NCBI GenBank assembly: GCA_964587385.1
Contig: CAZPLA010000026.1
Coordinates: 1-61,585 of the forward strand
Origin: an uncultured Dehalococcoidia bacterium
GTDB taxonomy: Bacteria; Chloroflexota; Dehalococcoidia; Lucifugimonadales; GCA-2712585
Direction of reading: 5' to 3'
Length of the DNA: 61,585 nucleotides
Shown here: positions 9,005-17,724 of the stretch, in pieces
How positions within the stretch are numbered: the stretch's first letter is position 1
Layout: each line of letters starts with the position of its first letter
The notes under the pieces: model-generated
Databases searched by the model: none
What the model was told of the DNA's origin: nothing
What the model saw: the letters and a program-made list of their open reading frames with translations, nothing else
Position numbers and translations under genes: made by a program

Positions 9005-9936
9005 TGTTCAATAATATTAATTTTAAAGAGCAAAACTCACAGAATGATATAGCAATGGGATCAATTGTTTCTATTTGGGTTAAAGTCGGCGAATTCTTAC
9101 GGTTGGTTCTTAGAACTCCAACAGGTCGTGTTGGCCTACCGATTGTTTTATTACATGCAGTAATAGCTATATTTGGCTCATGGCTTGCACCTTATCCTGA
9201 CACATTGTTCCACTTAGACGATGAAGGAAACATACGACAACTTTTAGCTCCATCTTGGAGATTTATTTTAGGGACTGATCAATTTGGCAGGGATATTCTT
9301 AGCAGAGTAATGTCAGGATCCACATCATTAGTTGCTGTGGCTGGATCCGGTACGATTTTAGGCATAATAGGTGGATCAGCGATAGGAATGATTAGTGGAT
9401 ATGCGGGGAAATGGACGGATGAAATAGTGATGCGTGTTATGGACGGACTGATGTCTTTCCCAAGTTTGCTTATGGCTTTACTGGTAATATCAACTTTAGG
9501 ACCTAATGCAATATTTATTGTTTCGACTGTTGCAATTGTCACAATACCTGGAGTTGCTCGTGTTATGCGTAGTGCTACCTTATCTTTGAAGGAACAGGAG
9601 TTTGTACAGAGTGCAAGATTGAGAGGAGAAGGAACGCTGTACATAATATTTAGAGAGATTTTTCCCAACACTCTGTCCATAATTGCTGTGGAGCTGTCAG
9701 TAAGGTTGAGTTACTCTATCTTGATAGTTGCTTCCTTGGGATTTCTTGGCTTAGGCGTTCAGCCGCCTTCGCCTGATTGGGGATTGATGATAAGTCAGAG
9801 TAGGCAATTCCTGGGTTCTTCTCCTTGGGTTGCTTTGGCTCCTGCCGGAGCGGTAGCCTCTTTGGTAGTTGGCATCAACTTGTTAACTGATGGAATCAAG
9901 CAGGCGAAGGGATTACCAAGGGAGGAAATGCCATGA
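9004..9936 (+). CDS. ABC permease (OppC/DppC-like)
   Basis: LGTDQFGRDILSRV, EFVQSARLRG, LGFLGLGVQPPSPDWG. Confidence 0.94.
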   Translation: MFNNINFKEQNSQNDIAMGSIVSIWVKVGEFLRLVLRTPTGRVGLPIVLLHAVIAIFGSWLAPYPDTLFHLDDEGNIRQLLAPSWRFILGTDQFGRDILSRVMSGSTSLVAVAGSGTILGIIGGSAIGMISGYAGKWTDEIVMRVMDGLMSFPSLLMALLVISTLGPNAIFIVSTVAIVTIPGVARVMRSATLSLKEQEFVQSARLRGEGTLYIIFREIFPNTLSIIAVELSVRLSYSILIVASLGFLGLGVQPPSPDWGLMISQSRQFLGSSPWVALAPAGAVASLVVGINLLTDGIKQAKGLPREEMP

Positions 9937-12020
9937 AGCAGCAAGAGGAGATGAAATCTAAATCTCGTCTAATGACAGTTGAAAACCTGTCAGTTACATT
10001 TTACACCCCCCGTGGAACCGTACGTGCTGTTAGGGATGCGTCTTTTCATATTGATGTTGGTGAAGTAGTGGGGTTGGTGGGAGAATCAGGGTGTGGAAAA
10101 TCTACTGCTGCTCTAGCGATGATGGGTTATCTGCCTACAATGACTCAGTTAGATGGAAAGATTAGCTTTGAGGGCAACGAAATTGATCAAATGACCACTG
10201 AAGAATTACGATTATTGTGGGGAAATCGAGTTGCTATGGTGTATCAAGATCCTGCAACTGCGCTTAATCCTACAATGCGTGTTGGTCCTCAAGTAGAAGA
10301 AGTTCTGATGCATCATTTGCAAATGAACAAAGCGGATGCTTATAGAAGAACTGTTGATTTATTTAACAGTGTGAAGCTTGCGGATGCTCGTAATATAGGC
10401 GCGCGGTACCCACATGAGCTTAGTGGAGGACAACAACAGAGGGTGGTTATTGCTATGGCGTTGGCATGTGAGCCGGATTTGCTGATCATGGATGAGCCAA
10501 CGACTGGGTTAGATGTTACTACTGAGGCGACTATTTTAGATCTCGTTGTCGATCTTAAAAACCAATTGTCGGCTGGAATATTGTATGTTAGTCACAATCT
10601 CGGTGTGGTCGCTCGTGTAGCTGATCGAGTAGTGGTCATGTATGCTGGTGAAACGATTGAGGAAGGTTCAGTACGTTCAGTATTTAAAAACCCTAAACAT
10701 CCTTATACTTTGGGATTAATTAATTGTGTGCCAGCTCCTGTAAGCACAGAGCATTCAGCCATTGAATTAAGCAGTATTCCTGGTTCGGTGTTTCCTGCTA
10801 GCTCGGAAGCTGAAGCCATATGTCTGTTTTCTGACCGTTGTCCTATAGCTAGGACGCTTTGTACGTCTGAATCTCCCAAACTTTTGGATGTAGATGGGGG
10901 ACATAAATCACGATGCATGTATTGGGAGGATGTGAAACCCGGGATTTGGGGTAAAGATGTTTTACGTGATGAAGGTGGGAGTATTGAAGCAGAGACTCTT
11001 TTATTTGCTAAGGATATTCGAAAGCAATATGGTAATTGGCAAAGAAAATACATTTTCTTTGGTCCTAAGGTCAAACCGCCAGTTAGGGCATTAAATCGCG
11101 TAGATTTTTCTGTTGGTAAGGGACGTACTTTGGGAATAGTTGGTGAAAGCGGATCGGGAAAAACTACAGCAGCACGAGTTGTGGTCGGGTTGATCCCTAG
11201 AGATTCAGGTGATTTGGAGCTCATGGGTCAACAAATGGCCTTTGATGTTCATAATCGTGATAGGGACCAACAATCTGCGATGCGTATGGTTTTTCAAAAT
11301 CCTAGAGCTTCTCTTAATCCTAAACTGCCTATTCGGCATGCTATCTATAGAGCCTTACGTAGATTTGCTGGGGTATCTAAAGCTGAAAGCAGAGAAAGAG
11401 CTGTGAGTCTTATGGAAGCAGTCGGACTTGGCCCCGAGTATTTGGATAGTCCACCCACCGAGCTTAGTGGAGGACAACAGCAGAGGGTTGCATTGGCTGG
11501 AGCGTTTGCCGCTAATCCCAAACTTGTCGTTTTAGATGAAGCGGTGTCAGCTCTAGATGTTTCTGTGCAGGCCCAAGTGTTAAATCTCCTTGATAGGCAT
11601 CAAGAAGAAACAGGCACTTCTCATATATTTATATCGCATGACTTGGGCGTAGTACGGTATGTTTCTGACGATATTTTAGTTCTTTATGCTGGTTATGTAG
11701 CTGAATCTGGGTCAGCAGAGCAAGTGTTGAATGCACCATTTCACCCTTATACTGAAGCATTATTGTCCGCTGCTCCTATCGCAGACCCAGATGCTGTTCC
11801 AACTAATATCAGATTAGAAGGTACTGTCCCTACTATGCGAGAACGATTCAAAGGCTGTTTCTTTGCTGCTAGATGTCCTCGCAAGATAGGGCCTATATGT
11901 GATGAAGTTCCGCCTTCATCGCAGAAAGAAGAATCCGTCATCGGGCATACCATTAATTGTCATATACCTCTTGATCAGCTCTTTTCCATTCAACAAGAAC
12001 GAATAGATAAGTTGGGGTAA
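9933..12020 (+). CDS. Fused double ABC ATPase (DppD-DppF like)
   Basis: Two Walker A motifs (GESGCGKS, GESGSGKT), two LSGGQ signatures and Cys-rich oligo_HPY tails. Confidence 0.95.
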   Translation: MKQQEEMKSKSRLMTVENLSVTFYTPRGTVRAVRDASFHIDVGEVVGLVGESGCGKSTAALAMMGYLPTMTQLDGKISFEGNEIDQMTTEELRLLWGNRVAMVYQDPATALNPTMRVGPQVEEVLMHHLQMNKADAYRRTVDLFNSVKLADARNIGARYPHELSGGQQQRVVIAMALACEPDLLIMDEPTTGLDVTTEATILDLVVDLKNQLSAGILYVSHNLGVVARVADRVVVMYAGETIEEGSVRSVFKNPKHPYTLGLINCVPAPVSTEHSAIELSSIPGSVFPASSEAEAICLFSDRCPIARTLCTSESPKLLDVDGGHKSRCMYWEDVKPGIWGKDVLRDEGGSIEAETLLFAKDIRKQYGNWQRKYIFFGPKVKPPVRALNRVDFSVGKGRTLGIVGESGSGKTTAARVVVGLIPRDSGDLELMGQQMAFDVHNRDRDQQSAMRMVFQNPRASLNPKLPIRHAIYRALRRFAGVSKAESRERAVSLMEAVGLGPEYLDSPPTELSGGQQQRVALAGAFAANPKLVVLDEAVSALDVSVQAQVLNLLDRHQEETGTSHIFISHDLGVVRYVSDDILVLYAGYVAESGSAEQVLNAPFHPYTEALLSAAPIADPDAVPTNIRLEGTVPTMRERFKGCFFAARCPRKIGPICDEVPPSSQKEESVIGHTINCHIPLDQLFSIQQERIDKLG

Positions 12021-12058
12021 TAAATCAACGACTGTGTTTTGTGACAGTAGTTTGTTTG

Positions 12059-13450
12059 TTATTTACGAGATAGGATTTCATGATAGGTTTTTGTGAATTG
12101 TTCAGATATATTGTCCCAGGAATACATGCGTTCAATGTAGTCCCTAGCATTGCGCCCTACTGCTTCCCGTAAATTTTGATTTTCAACTGATTCTATGAGG
12201 GCATCGGATAGTGAATAGGGGTCATCTGGATTAACAAGCCAGCCAGTTTGTTTGCCAGGTTCAGTATTGATAAATGATGCAGGCCCTCCAGTTGATGTTG
12301 CTATTACGGGTAATCCGCAGGCCATAGCCTCCAAATATGTTTGTCCAAAAGGTTCTCTTACACTTGGTGCTACAAATATATTGGAGGAGGCTAACCCTAG
12401 GGGTAGATCATCATGACCTCTCCATCCAGAAAAAAATACATCATCTATAGAGCGTTTGTTAGCGAATTCATACGGATGTTCTCCTTCCCATTCCCCTGGA
12501 AAGCCCCCCCAAATTATTAATGGTGCATGTTTTTTTGATTTTGCTTTGAATATAGAGTAAGCATGTAGGAGGACGTTGATTCGTTTAAAAGTGGTAAATC
12601 TACCTACAAATAGTAAGATGGGAGCACAAGAACCATCTGGGTTATAGAACGATTTAAGGTCATTTTGTTTATACCTAATGCTGCCTGGATCATGATCAGG
12701 TTTCCATCCTTGAGGATCCGTTATCAGCCAATGTTTCCAATAAGACATTTTCACCTTGTCAGTCAGAGTAGTTGGTTTAAAGATCTTTAGGTCCACTCCA
12801 TTGGGTATGGTTATAACTTTATCTTTGGGAATGGAAAGTAGATCGCGTGCTAAATCGCGGTCATGAGGGGATACGGTGATAACAAGTTCAGAAATTTGCG
12901 CATTGGAGACCATTTGTTTAATCCACCAGTGTCCTAATGGTAAGTCTAAATTGGAGCGAATATATTCGATCATCTTCAATTCGGTCCCATGAAGGTGAGT
13001 GATGACTTTGGTTTTCTTCCAAAGCTGTAAAACCGCATTATGCATTGGAGTAATATGGTGGAGGTGGGCGATAGCTGGTTCGTCGGGTTCTTTTGAAAAT
13101 AGGTGACGCCATGAGGCTATCTGTCGCGATATTTGTTGAGGGGTTAATCGGGCCATCAAGATATCTGGTACGTTAACTCTATCTTCTAGAGATGCTTGCA
13201 TTGGGGAATCGATGTCAAAAGGATCCTCTCCTCGTTGCCAAGTTGAGTGAGCGGTAGTGTAATCCAATGTTCTAACATTCATTGATTTATAGAATGTTTT
13301 AGCGTTGGTTAATAATCCTTCATCACCTAAGGATCCTGAATACAAACTAGACGTCCACTGTTTCCGTAACCTATCGTAAAGATAGCGGACGACCTGAGAA
13401 GATCCGCCTCTAGGATAAAAATATATGCCCATCAATAATCTTTGGTTCAT
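12059..13450 (-). CDS. Glycosyltransferase family 4 (GT-B)
   Basis: YPRGGS N-terminus, IPNGVD, LFVGRF..KR, EPFGQTYLEAMACGLPVIAT. Confidence 0.92.
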   Translation of the reverse strand: MNQRLLMGIYFYPRGGSSQVVRYLYDRLRKQWTSSLYSGSLGDEGLLTNAKTFYKSMNVRTLDYTTAHSTWQRGEDPFDIDSPMQASLEDRVNVPDILMARLTPQQISRQIASWRHLFSKEPDEPAIAHLHHITPMHNAVLQLWKKTKVITHLHGTELKMIEYIRSNLDLPLGHWWIKQMVSNAQISELVITVSPHDRDLARDLLSIPKDKVITIPNGVDLKIFKPTTLTDKVKMSYWKHWLITDPQGWKPDHDPGSIRYKQNDLKSFYNPDGSCAPILLFVGRFTTFKRINVLLHAYSIFKAKSKKHAPLIIWGGFPGEWEGEHPYEFANKRSIDDVFFSGWRGHDDLPLGLASSNIFVAPSVREPFGQTYLEAMACGLPVIATSTGGPASFINTEPGKQTGWLVNPDDPYSLSDALIESVENQNLREAVGRNARDYIERMYSWDNISEQFTKTYHEILSRK

Positions 13451-13556
13451 TTAGTATCGCTATTAAGTTAATAGGTTCAATTTTGGTTGTTTTATTAGAG
13501 TTCGTAGGAATTGACTAAGGACTAATAGAATATGTGCTAAAAGTAATTGTCGATTA

Positions 13557-13646
13557 TGGCGGAGAGGGCGGGATTCGAACCCGCGATACAGTCACCCATA
13601 TACCGCTTTTCGAGAGCGGCGCCTTCAACCACTCAGCCACCTCTCC
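13557..13646 (-). tRNA. tRNA-Ser(CGA), encoded CCA
   Basis: Acceptor GGAGAGG/CCTCTCC, anticodon arm CCGCT-CTCGAAA-AGCGG, long variable arm, GGTTCGAATCC. Confidence 0.97.
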
Positions 13647-13722
13647 TTATTATTTACGCTAAAGGACCATTTAAAGCTTTGCAAGTGTAGAATTGGAAAG
13701 ATTATTGATATGCTGGATTGTA

Positions 13723-14628
13723 TTAGGGGCTGTGGTTATCAGTATGTATTTGTATCTTAAGTTTACGAAGTCTACGGCCGAGTGTGGATAAAACTTTTAT
13801 GTTTAAACCATGGCAAGTGACCTGATCTTCGGCTTGCGGGATTTTGTCTAAAAATGTATAAACCAACCCGCCTACAGTGTCAACTTCCGCCCCAGAAAAA
13901 TCTATGCCAAGGATATTATGTATATCGTTTAGTGATGTTCTGGCATCAACAGTCATCGAACCGTCTTCCGAGACCTTTAACTCTGTATCCGTCGCAGTGG
14001 AAAATTCGTCTTCTATTTCTCCAACGATTTCTTCTAACAAATCTTCGAGAGTTACTAGTCCTTCTGTGCCCCCATGTTCATCAATTACGAGGGCCATTTG
14101 AATTCTGGTTTTCTGAAATTCGGTTAGTAGTTCATCCAATCTTTTTGTTTCAGGAACAAAAAATGGTGCGCGATACATTTTTTCAAGCTTGGGCCAGGGT
14201 CGGTTTGTGTTAAGCAAGGGAAGAAGGTCGCGGGCATGTATAACCCCTACCACGTTATCTATAGTATCAACGTAGACGGGTAGCTGGCTATGGCCTGAAT
14301 CCAGCATCTGAGTTGCGACAGTTTCAAGTGTATCCTGTATTTCAACCGCGATAATGTCTACTCGAGGTGCCATTATGTCCCTGACGTCGTATCTATCTAG
14401 GTTTATGATAGAACGTATCATGCCGCGTTCACGGTCGTCGAGATCGGTTTGTTCTTCGGCTAGAATAATGTTGTTTGCTTCGATAGGTAATGGAACAGAG
14501 TTGCTATGAGAAGGTTCGGGTCCACCAGATTTACTTTTAACGCTTTTTTGTAACTTGGCACCCAGATAGAACGCAGCCATAATAACTGTTGCAAAAACGA
14601 CTACTGTCGATAAACCACTTATGTCCAA
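13723..14628 (-). CDS. CBS-pair and CorC_HlyC domain protein (CorC/hemolysin family)
   Basis: VRDIMAPRVDI, HSQLPVY, DEHGGTEGLVTLEDLLEEIVGEIEDE, DTVGG. Confidence 0.92.
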   Translation of the reverse strand: MDISGLSTVVVFATVIMAAFYLGAKLQKSVKSKSGGPEPSHSNSVPLPIEANNIILAEEQTDLDDRERGMIRSIINLDRYDVRDIMAPRVDIIAVEIQDTLETVATQMLDSGHSQLPVYVDTIDNVVGVIHARDLLPLLNTNRPWPKLEKMYRAPFFVPETKRLDELLTEFQKTRIQMALVIDEHGGTEGLVTLEDLLEEIVGEIEDEFSTATDTELKVSEDGSMTVDARTSLNDIHNILGIDFSGAEVDTVGGLVYTFLDKIPQAEDQVTCHGLNIKVLSTLGRRLRKLKIQIHTDNHSP

Positions 14629-14664
14629 GCTTGAATCACCGTAAGGTCATATTTAGTTTAAAAT

Positions 14665-16020
14665 TTATTGTGACCTCTCAGTGATTCTAGCAGGAATTCC
14701 CTTGGCTAGTCTATATGCTGGGACATCTTTGGTTACTACAGACCCTGCTCCGGTTGATGCATTTCTACCTATTTTTACAGGTGCTACCAACATAGTATCG
14801 GAACCAATAAACGCATTTTCACCTATTTCGGTAGTGTGTTTAGCTACGCCATCATAATTGCAAGTAATCATGCCCGCCCCTAGGTTTGCATTGGGGCCTA
14901 CAGTAGCATCACCTAAGAAACCAAAGTGGCCCATTTTTACTCCCTTGGCTAACCTGCTTGCTTTGATTTCGGCGAAGTTCCCAATATGGACTTGGGACTC
15001 AATGTATGTGCCAGGTCGGATATGACTATAAGGTCCAACATGTATATCTGATTCTAGCGTGGAAGATTCGATTGCGGAGGAAATTATTTTGCAGTTTTGG
15101 CCAATGATAGAATCAGTAATGATTATACCAGGACCAAGGATAGTTCCTTGACCAATTTGCGTTTTGCCTAATATAGAGGAATTGGGATGTATAGTTATGT
15201 CGATGTCCATGACGACACTTGCATCTATAAAAGTAGAGGTAGGGTCTATTATAGTAACCCCTTCTCTCATCCAGTATTCCCTAATATTTTGCCGTATTAA
15301 CGCTTCGGCGAACGATAATTGGACCCTATCGTTGACACCGATAAGTTCGGCACCATTAGTAGATACAAAACTTTCTATTTTCTTATTATCGAAAACCGCC
15401 ATATTTACTAATTCAGTTAGGTAATATTCGCCGTTCTTAGCTGGACTTAGTTTACGTAAAGCCTGCCACATCCACTTCGCGTTGAAACAATAGACACCAG
15501 CATTAACCTCTTTTATGTGTGCGGCATTAAGGTCGGCTGAAGGTTCTATGACTTTTTGAATTAATCCGGAAGAGTCGCGTTCGATCCTTCCCATGTCCTG
15601 GCCGACAGTTTCTGTTGCAGTGAGGATTGTTAAAGTAGACTTACTGCTTGTATGTGTGTCTATCAGGGATTGGATAGTTGTCGACTTTATTAGTGGGGCA
15701 TCACCTACCATTACCACAATATTAGGGTATCTGCCTTCAACTTCAGGCGCACATTGGAGTACTGCATGTCCAGTACCTAATGCCTCTATTTGTTTTATAT
15801 ATACCACTGAATCTTGAAATAAGCCTTTAAGGTCTTTTTCTGAACGTTCGCCGCATACAATAACGATATTATCTATACCGGCTTTCCTCATGGTGTCGAC
15901 AGAGTAGGATATCATTGGTTTGCCACAAATTGTGTGTATAGGCTTTGGTAGTTTGGATCTCATTCTCGTACTATTACCTGCAGCTAATAGAATACCTATC
16001 CAATCTTTCATGATATTCAC
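14665..16020 (-). CDS. glmU: Bifunctional UDP-GlcNAc pyrophosphorylase / glucosamine-1-P acetyltransferase
   Basis: LAAGNSTRMRSKLPK, LGTGHAV, GEYYLT, GVNDRVQL, hexapeptide repeats, TCNYDG. Confidence 0.97.
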   Translation of the reverse strand: MNIMKDWIGILLAAGNSTRMRSKLPKPIHTICGKPMISYSVDTMRKAGIDNIVIVCGERSEKDLKGLFQDSVVYIKQIEALGTGHAVLQCAPEVEGRYPNIVVMVGDAPLIKSTTIQSLIDTHTSSKSTLTILTATETVGQDMGRIERDSSGLIQKVIEPSADLNAAHIKEVNAGVYCFNAKWMWQALRKLSPAKNGEYYLTELVNMAVFDNKKIESFVSTNGAELIGVNDRVQLSFAEALIRQNIREYWMREGVTIIDPTSTFIDASVVMDIDITIHPNSSILGKTQIGQGTILGPGIIITDSIIGQNCKIISSAIESSTLESDIHVGPYSHIRPGTYIESQVHIGNFAEIKASRLAKGVKMGHFGFLGDATVGPNANLGAGMITCNYDGVAKHTTEIGENAFIGSDTMLVAPVKIGRNASTGAGSVVTKDVPAYRLAKGIPARITERSQ

Positions 16021-16109
16021 ACTCGCATTTTCTTTATGATTTGGTACCTGTTGTGCTATTACATGCTACATGAACCTAGTTTTGGAGTCCAACAATACAG
16101 ATCGGTTAC

Positions 16110-16139
16110 TTGTAAGGTTTTTATCGGGCGTGCTATACT
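16110..16139 (+). promoter_or_regulatory. Promoter of the tRNA-Arg/tRNA-Pro unit (extended -10)
   Basis: TTGTAA-18 nt-TATACT with TGn extension, followed by a G/C-rich stretch. Confidence 0.55.
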
Positions 16140-16151
16140 TGTGGTTGGCCG

Positions 16152-16226
16152 GCCCCTGTAGCTCAGAGGATAGAGCACTGGCCTCCGGAGTCAGGTGCGG
16201 GCGTTCGAGTCGCCCCAGGGGCACCA
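16152..16226 (+). tRNA. tRNA-Arg(CCG)
   Basis: Acceptor GCCCCTG/CAGGGGC, anticodon arm CTGGC-CTCCGGA-GTCAG, TTCGAGT T-loop, ACCA end. Confidence 0.96.
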
Positions 16227-16271
16227 GGGGCTTGGAAGTATTCGAATTGGTCATAACGATGGGAAGATTTG

Positions 16272-16346
16272 CGGGGCGTAGCGCAGCGGTAGCGCGCCTG
16301 GTTTGGGACCAGGAGGTCGTGAGTTCGATCCTCACCGCCCCGACCA
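16272..16346 (+). tRNA. tRNA-Pro(TGG)
   Basis: Acceptor CGGGGCG/CGCCCCG, anticodon arm CCTGG-TTTGGGA-CCAGG, ACCA end. Confidence 0.97.
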
Positions 16347-16382
16347 GTTAGAGGAGAATCCTGACAGATAACGAGGAACCAT

Positions 16383-16538
16383 ATGGGAAGTGGACGACCT
16401 AATTGGTATTATGACCATCCACCAGCATGCACGTGTGCTGCATGTAATGACATGCGACTGAGATCTATCAGAAGACCAAAAGGGGTTATTGCTTGGCTTA
16501 AAAGGAGCTTGTCGTTTTTTTCAAAGAAACGTAAATAA
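16383..16538 (+). CDS. Unannotated 51-aa Cys/His microprotein (HPPACTCAAC), basic C-terminus
   Basis: Manual translation MGSGRPNWYYDHPPACTCAACNDMRLRSIRRPKGVIAWLKRSLSFFSKKRK; GAGGA RBS 5 nt before ATG; fills the gap between tRNA-Pro and the Ldh_2 gene. Confidence 0.75.
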   Translation: MGSGRPNWYYDHPPACTCAACNDMRLRSIRRPKGVIAWLKRSLSFFSKKRK

Positions 16539-16582
16539 TTGAGCTTATTTATTAATGAGATGGCCAACTTGATACTGGAGGT

Positions 16583-17665
16583 ATGTTTCTGAAGCAATTC
16601 GAGATAATAGCAAGTGAAGCAATCCTTATTCAATCGGACGTACTTAAAAACAGAGTACAACTGATGTTGGAACATGTCGGTGTTCCTAAAGAGGACGCGG
16701 AGCTAGGCGCAGATGTTTTGGTCCTTGCAGATATGCGTGGATTAGATACCCATGGGGTATCCAATTTACTAAGAGTGTATTTAGATAGGTATCGTAATGG
16801 AAACATCAACCCTATTCCCGAATGGAAGATAATACAAGAAAGTGGCTCGGCTGCGACCATTGATGCTGACAGGGGTCACGGGATAATAATAGCGCCGAAG
16901 GCTATGGAGATAGCAATGAATAAGGCCGCTAAAACAGGAGTAGGTGTCGTAACTATAAAACACGCCAGACATCTAGGTATGGCATCTTATCACGCAATGT
17001 TAGCTTTGGATCGAGATATGATAGGTGTATGTATGACGAGTTGCCCGCCTTCTGTAGTTCCCACCTTCGGATCTAAGCCTATGGTAGGTACTAATCCTAT
17101 AGCTATGGCCGCTCCCGCGGGGATCGAAAACCCATTTGTGTTTGATGCTGCAACAAGTGTTATTCCAGACAACAGAGTTCACATGGCACATCGGTTAGGG
17201 GTTGATTTATTACCTGGATGGGTAGCTGATCCTGAAGGAAATCCGCTAATGGAATCAACCCCACCTGTAAGCCCGCATCAATTGCTTCCTTTGGGAAGTA
17301 TTCCAGATACAGGATCATATAAAGGTTATGGTCTTGCAACTGTCGTAGATATATTGAGTGCGATTTTACCTGGTATGACATTTGGAGCTGCTAGAGACCG
17401 AAGTGAATTCGGACACATAGTCATTGCCTATAACGTAGAAGCGTTTATTGATATAACCCGATTCAAACAATTGATGGATCATTTCCTCCGAACTTTGAAG
17501 GGTACACCCACTGCACCGGGCCATGGCAGAGTGCTTGTAGCTGGACAATTGGAATGGGAAACGTTAGACAAACGAAAAAGAGAAGGCATTCCCTTGCACA
17601 AAGAAGTAGTAGCCTGGTTCGAGTCAACATTAAATGATATGAAATTACCTTCTTTAATTCGTTGA
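16583..17665 (+). CDS. Ldh_2 family (malate/L-lactate/L-sulfolactate/ureidoglycolate dehydrogenase-like) oxidoreductase
   Basis: ADMRGLDTHG, HLG, GTNPIAMAAP, FDAATS, SYKGYGL. Confidence 0.92.
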   Translation: MFLKQFEIIASEAILIQSDVLKNRVQLMLEHVGVPKEDAELGADVLVLADMRGLDTHGVSNLLRVYLDRYRNGNINPIPEWKIIQESGSAATIDADRGHGIIIAPKAMEIAMNKAAKTGVGVVTIKHARHLGMASYHAMLALDRDMIGVCMTSCPPSVVPTFGSKPMVGTNPIAMAAPAGIENPFVFDAATSVIPDNRVHMAHRLGVDLLPGWVADPEGNPLMESTPPVSPHQLLPLGSIPDTGSYKGYGLATVVDILSAILPGMTFGAARDRSEFGHIVIAYNVEAFIDITRFKQLMDHFLRTLKGTPTAPGHGRVLVAGQLEWETLDKRKREGIPLHKEVVAWFESTLNDMKLPSLIR

Positions 17666-17724
17666 TAACGTAGGTGCAACGAATCTCTAAGCAAGAAGAA
17701 CGAAGTTTTATAGTAATAAATAAT

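Noticed and set aside
13723-14628. Truncated CNNM/hemolysin pseudogene (no DUF21 domain)
   Set aside because: CorC-type proteins of about 300 aa naturally lack it; the ORF is intact and starts right after glmU, leaving no room for a lost domain.
16066-16351. ORF-track ORFs 16066..16335 (-) and 16070..16351 (+)
   Set aside because: They overlap tRNA-Arg and tRNA-Pro and are shadow ORFs.
16409-16675. 88-aa minus-strand ORF
   Set aside because: It is antisense to the better supported 51-aa microprotein and the Ldh_2 gene.
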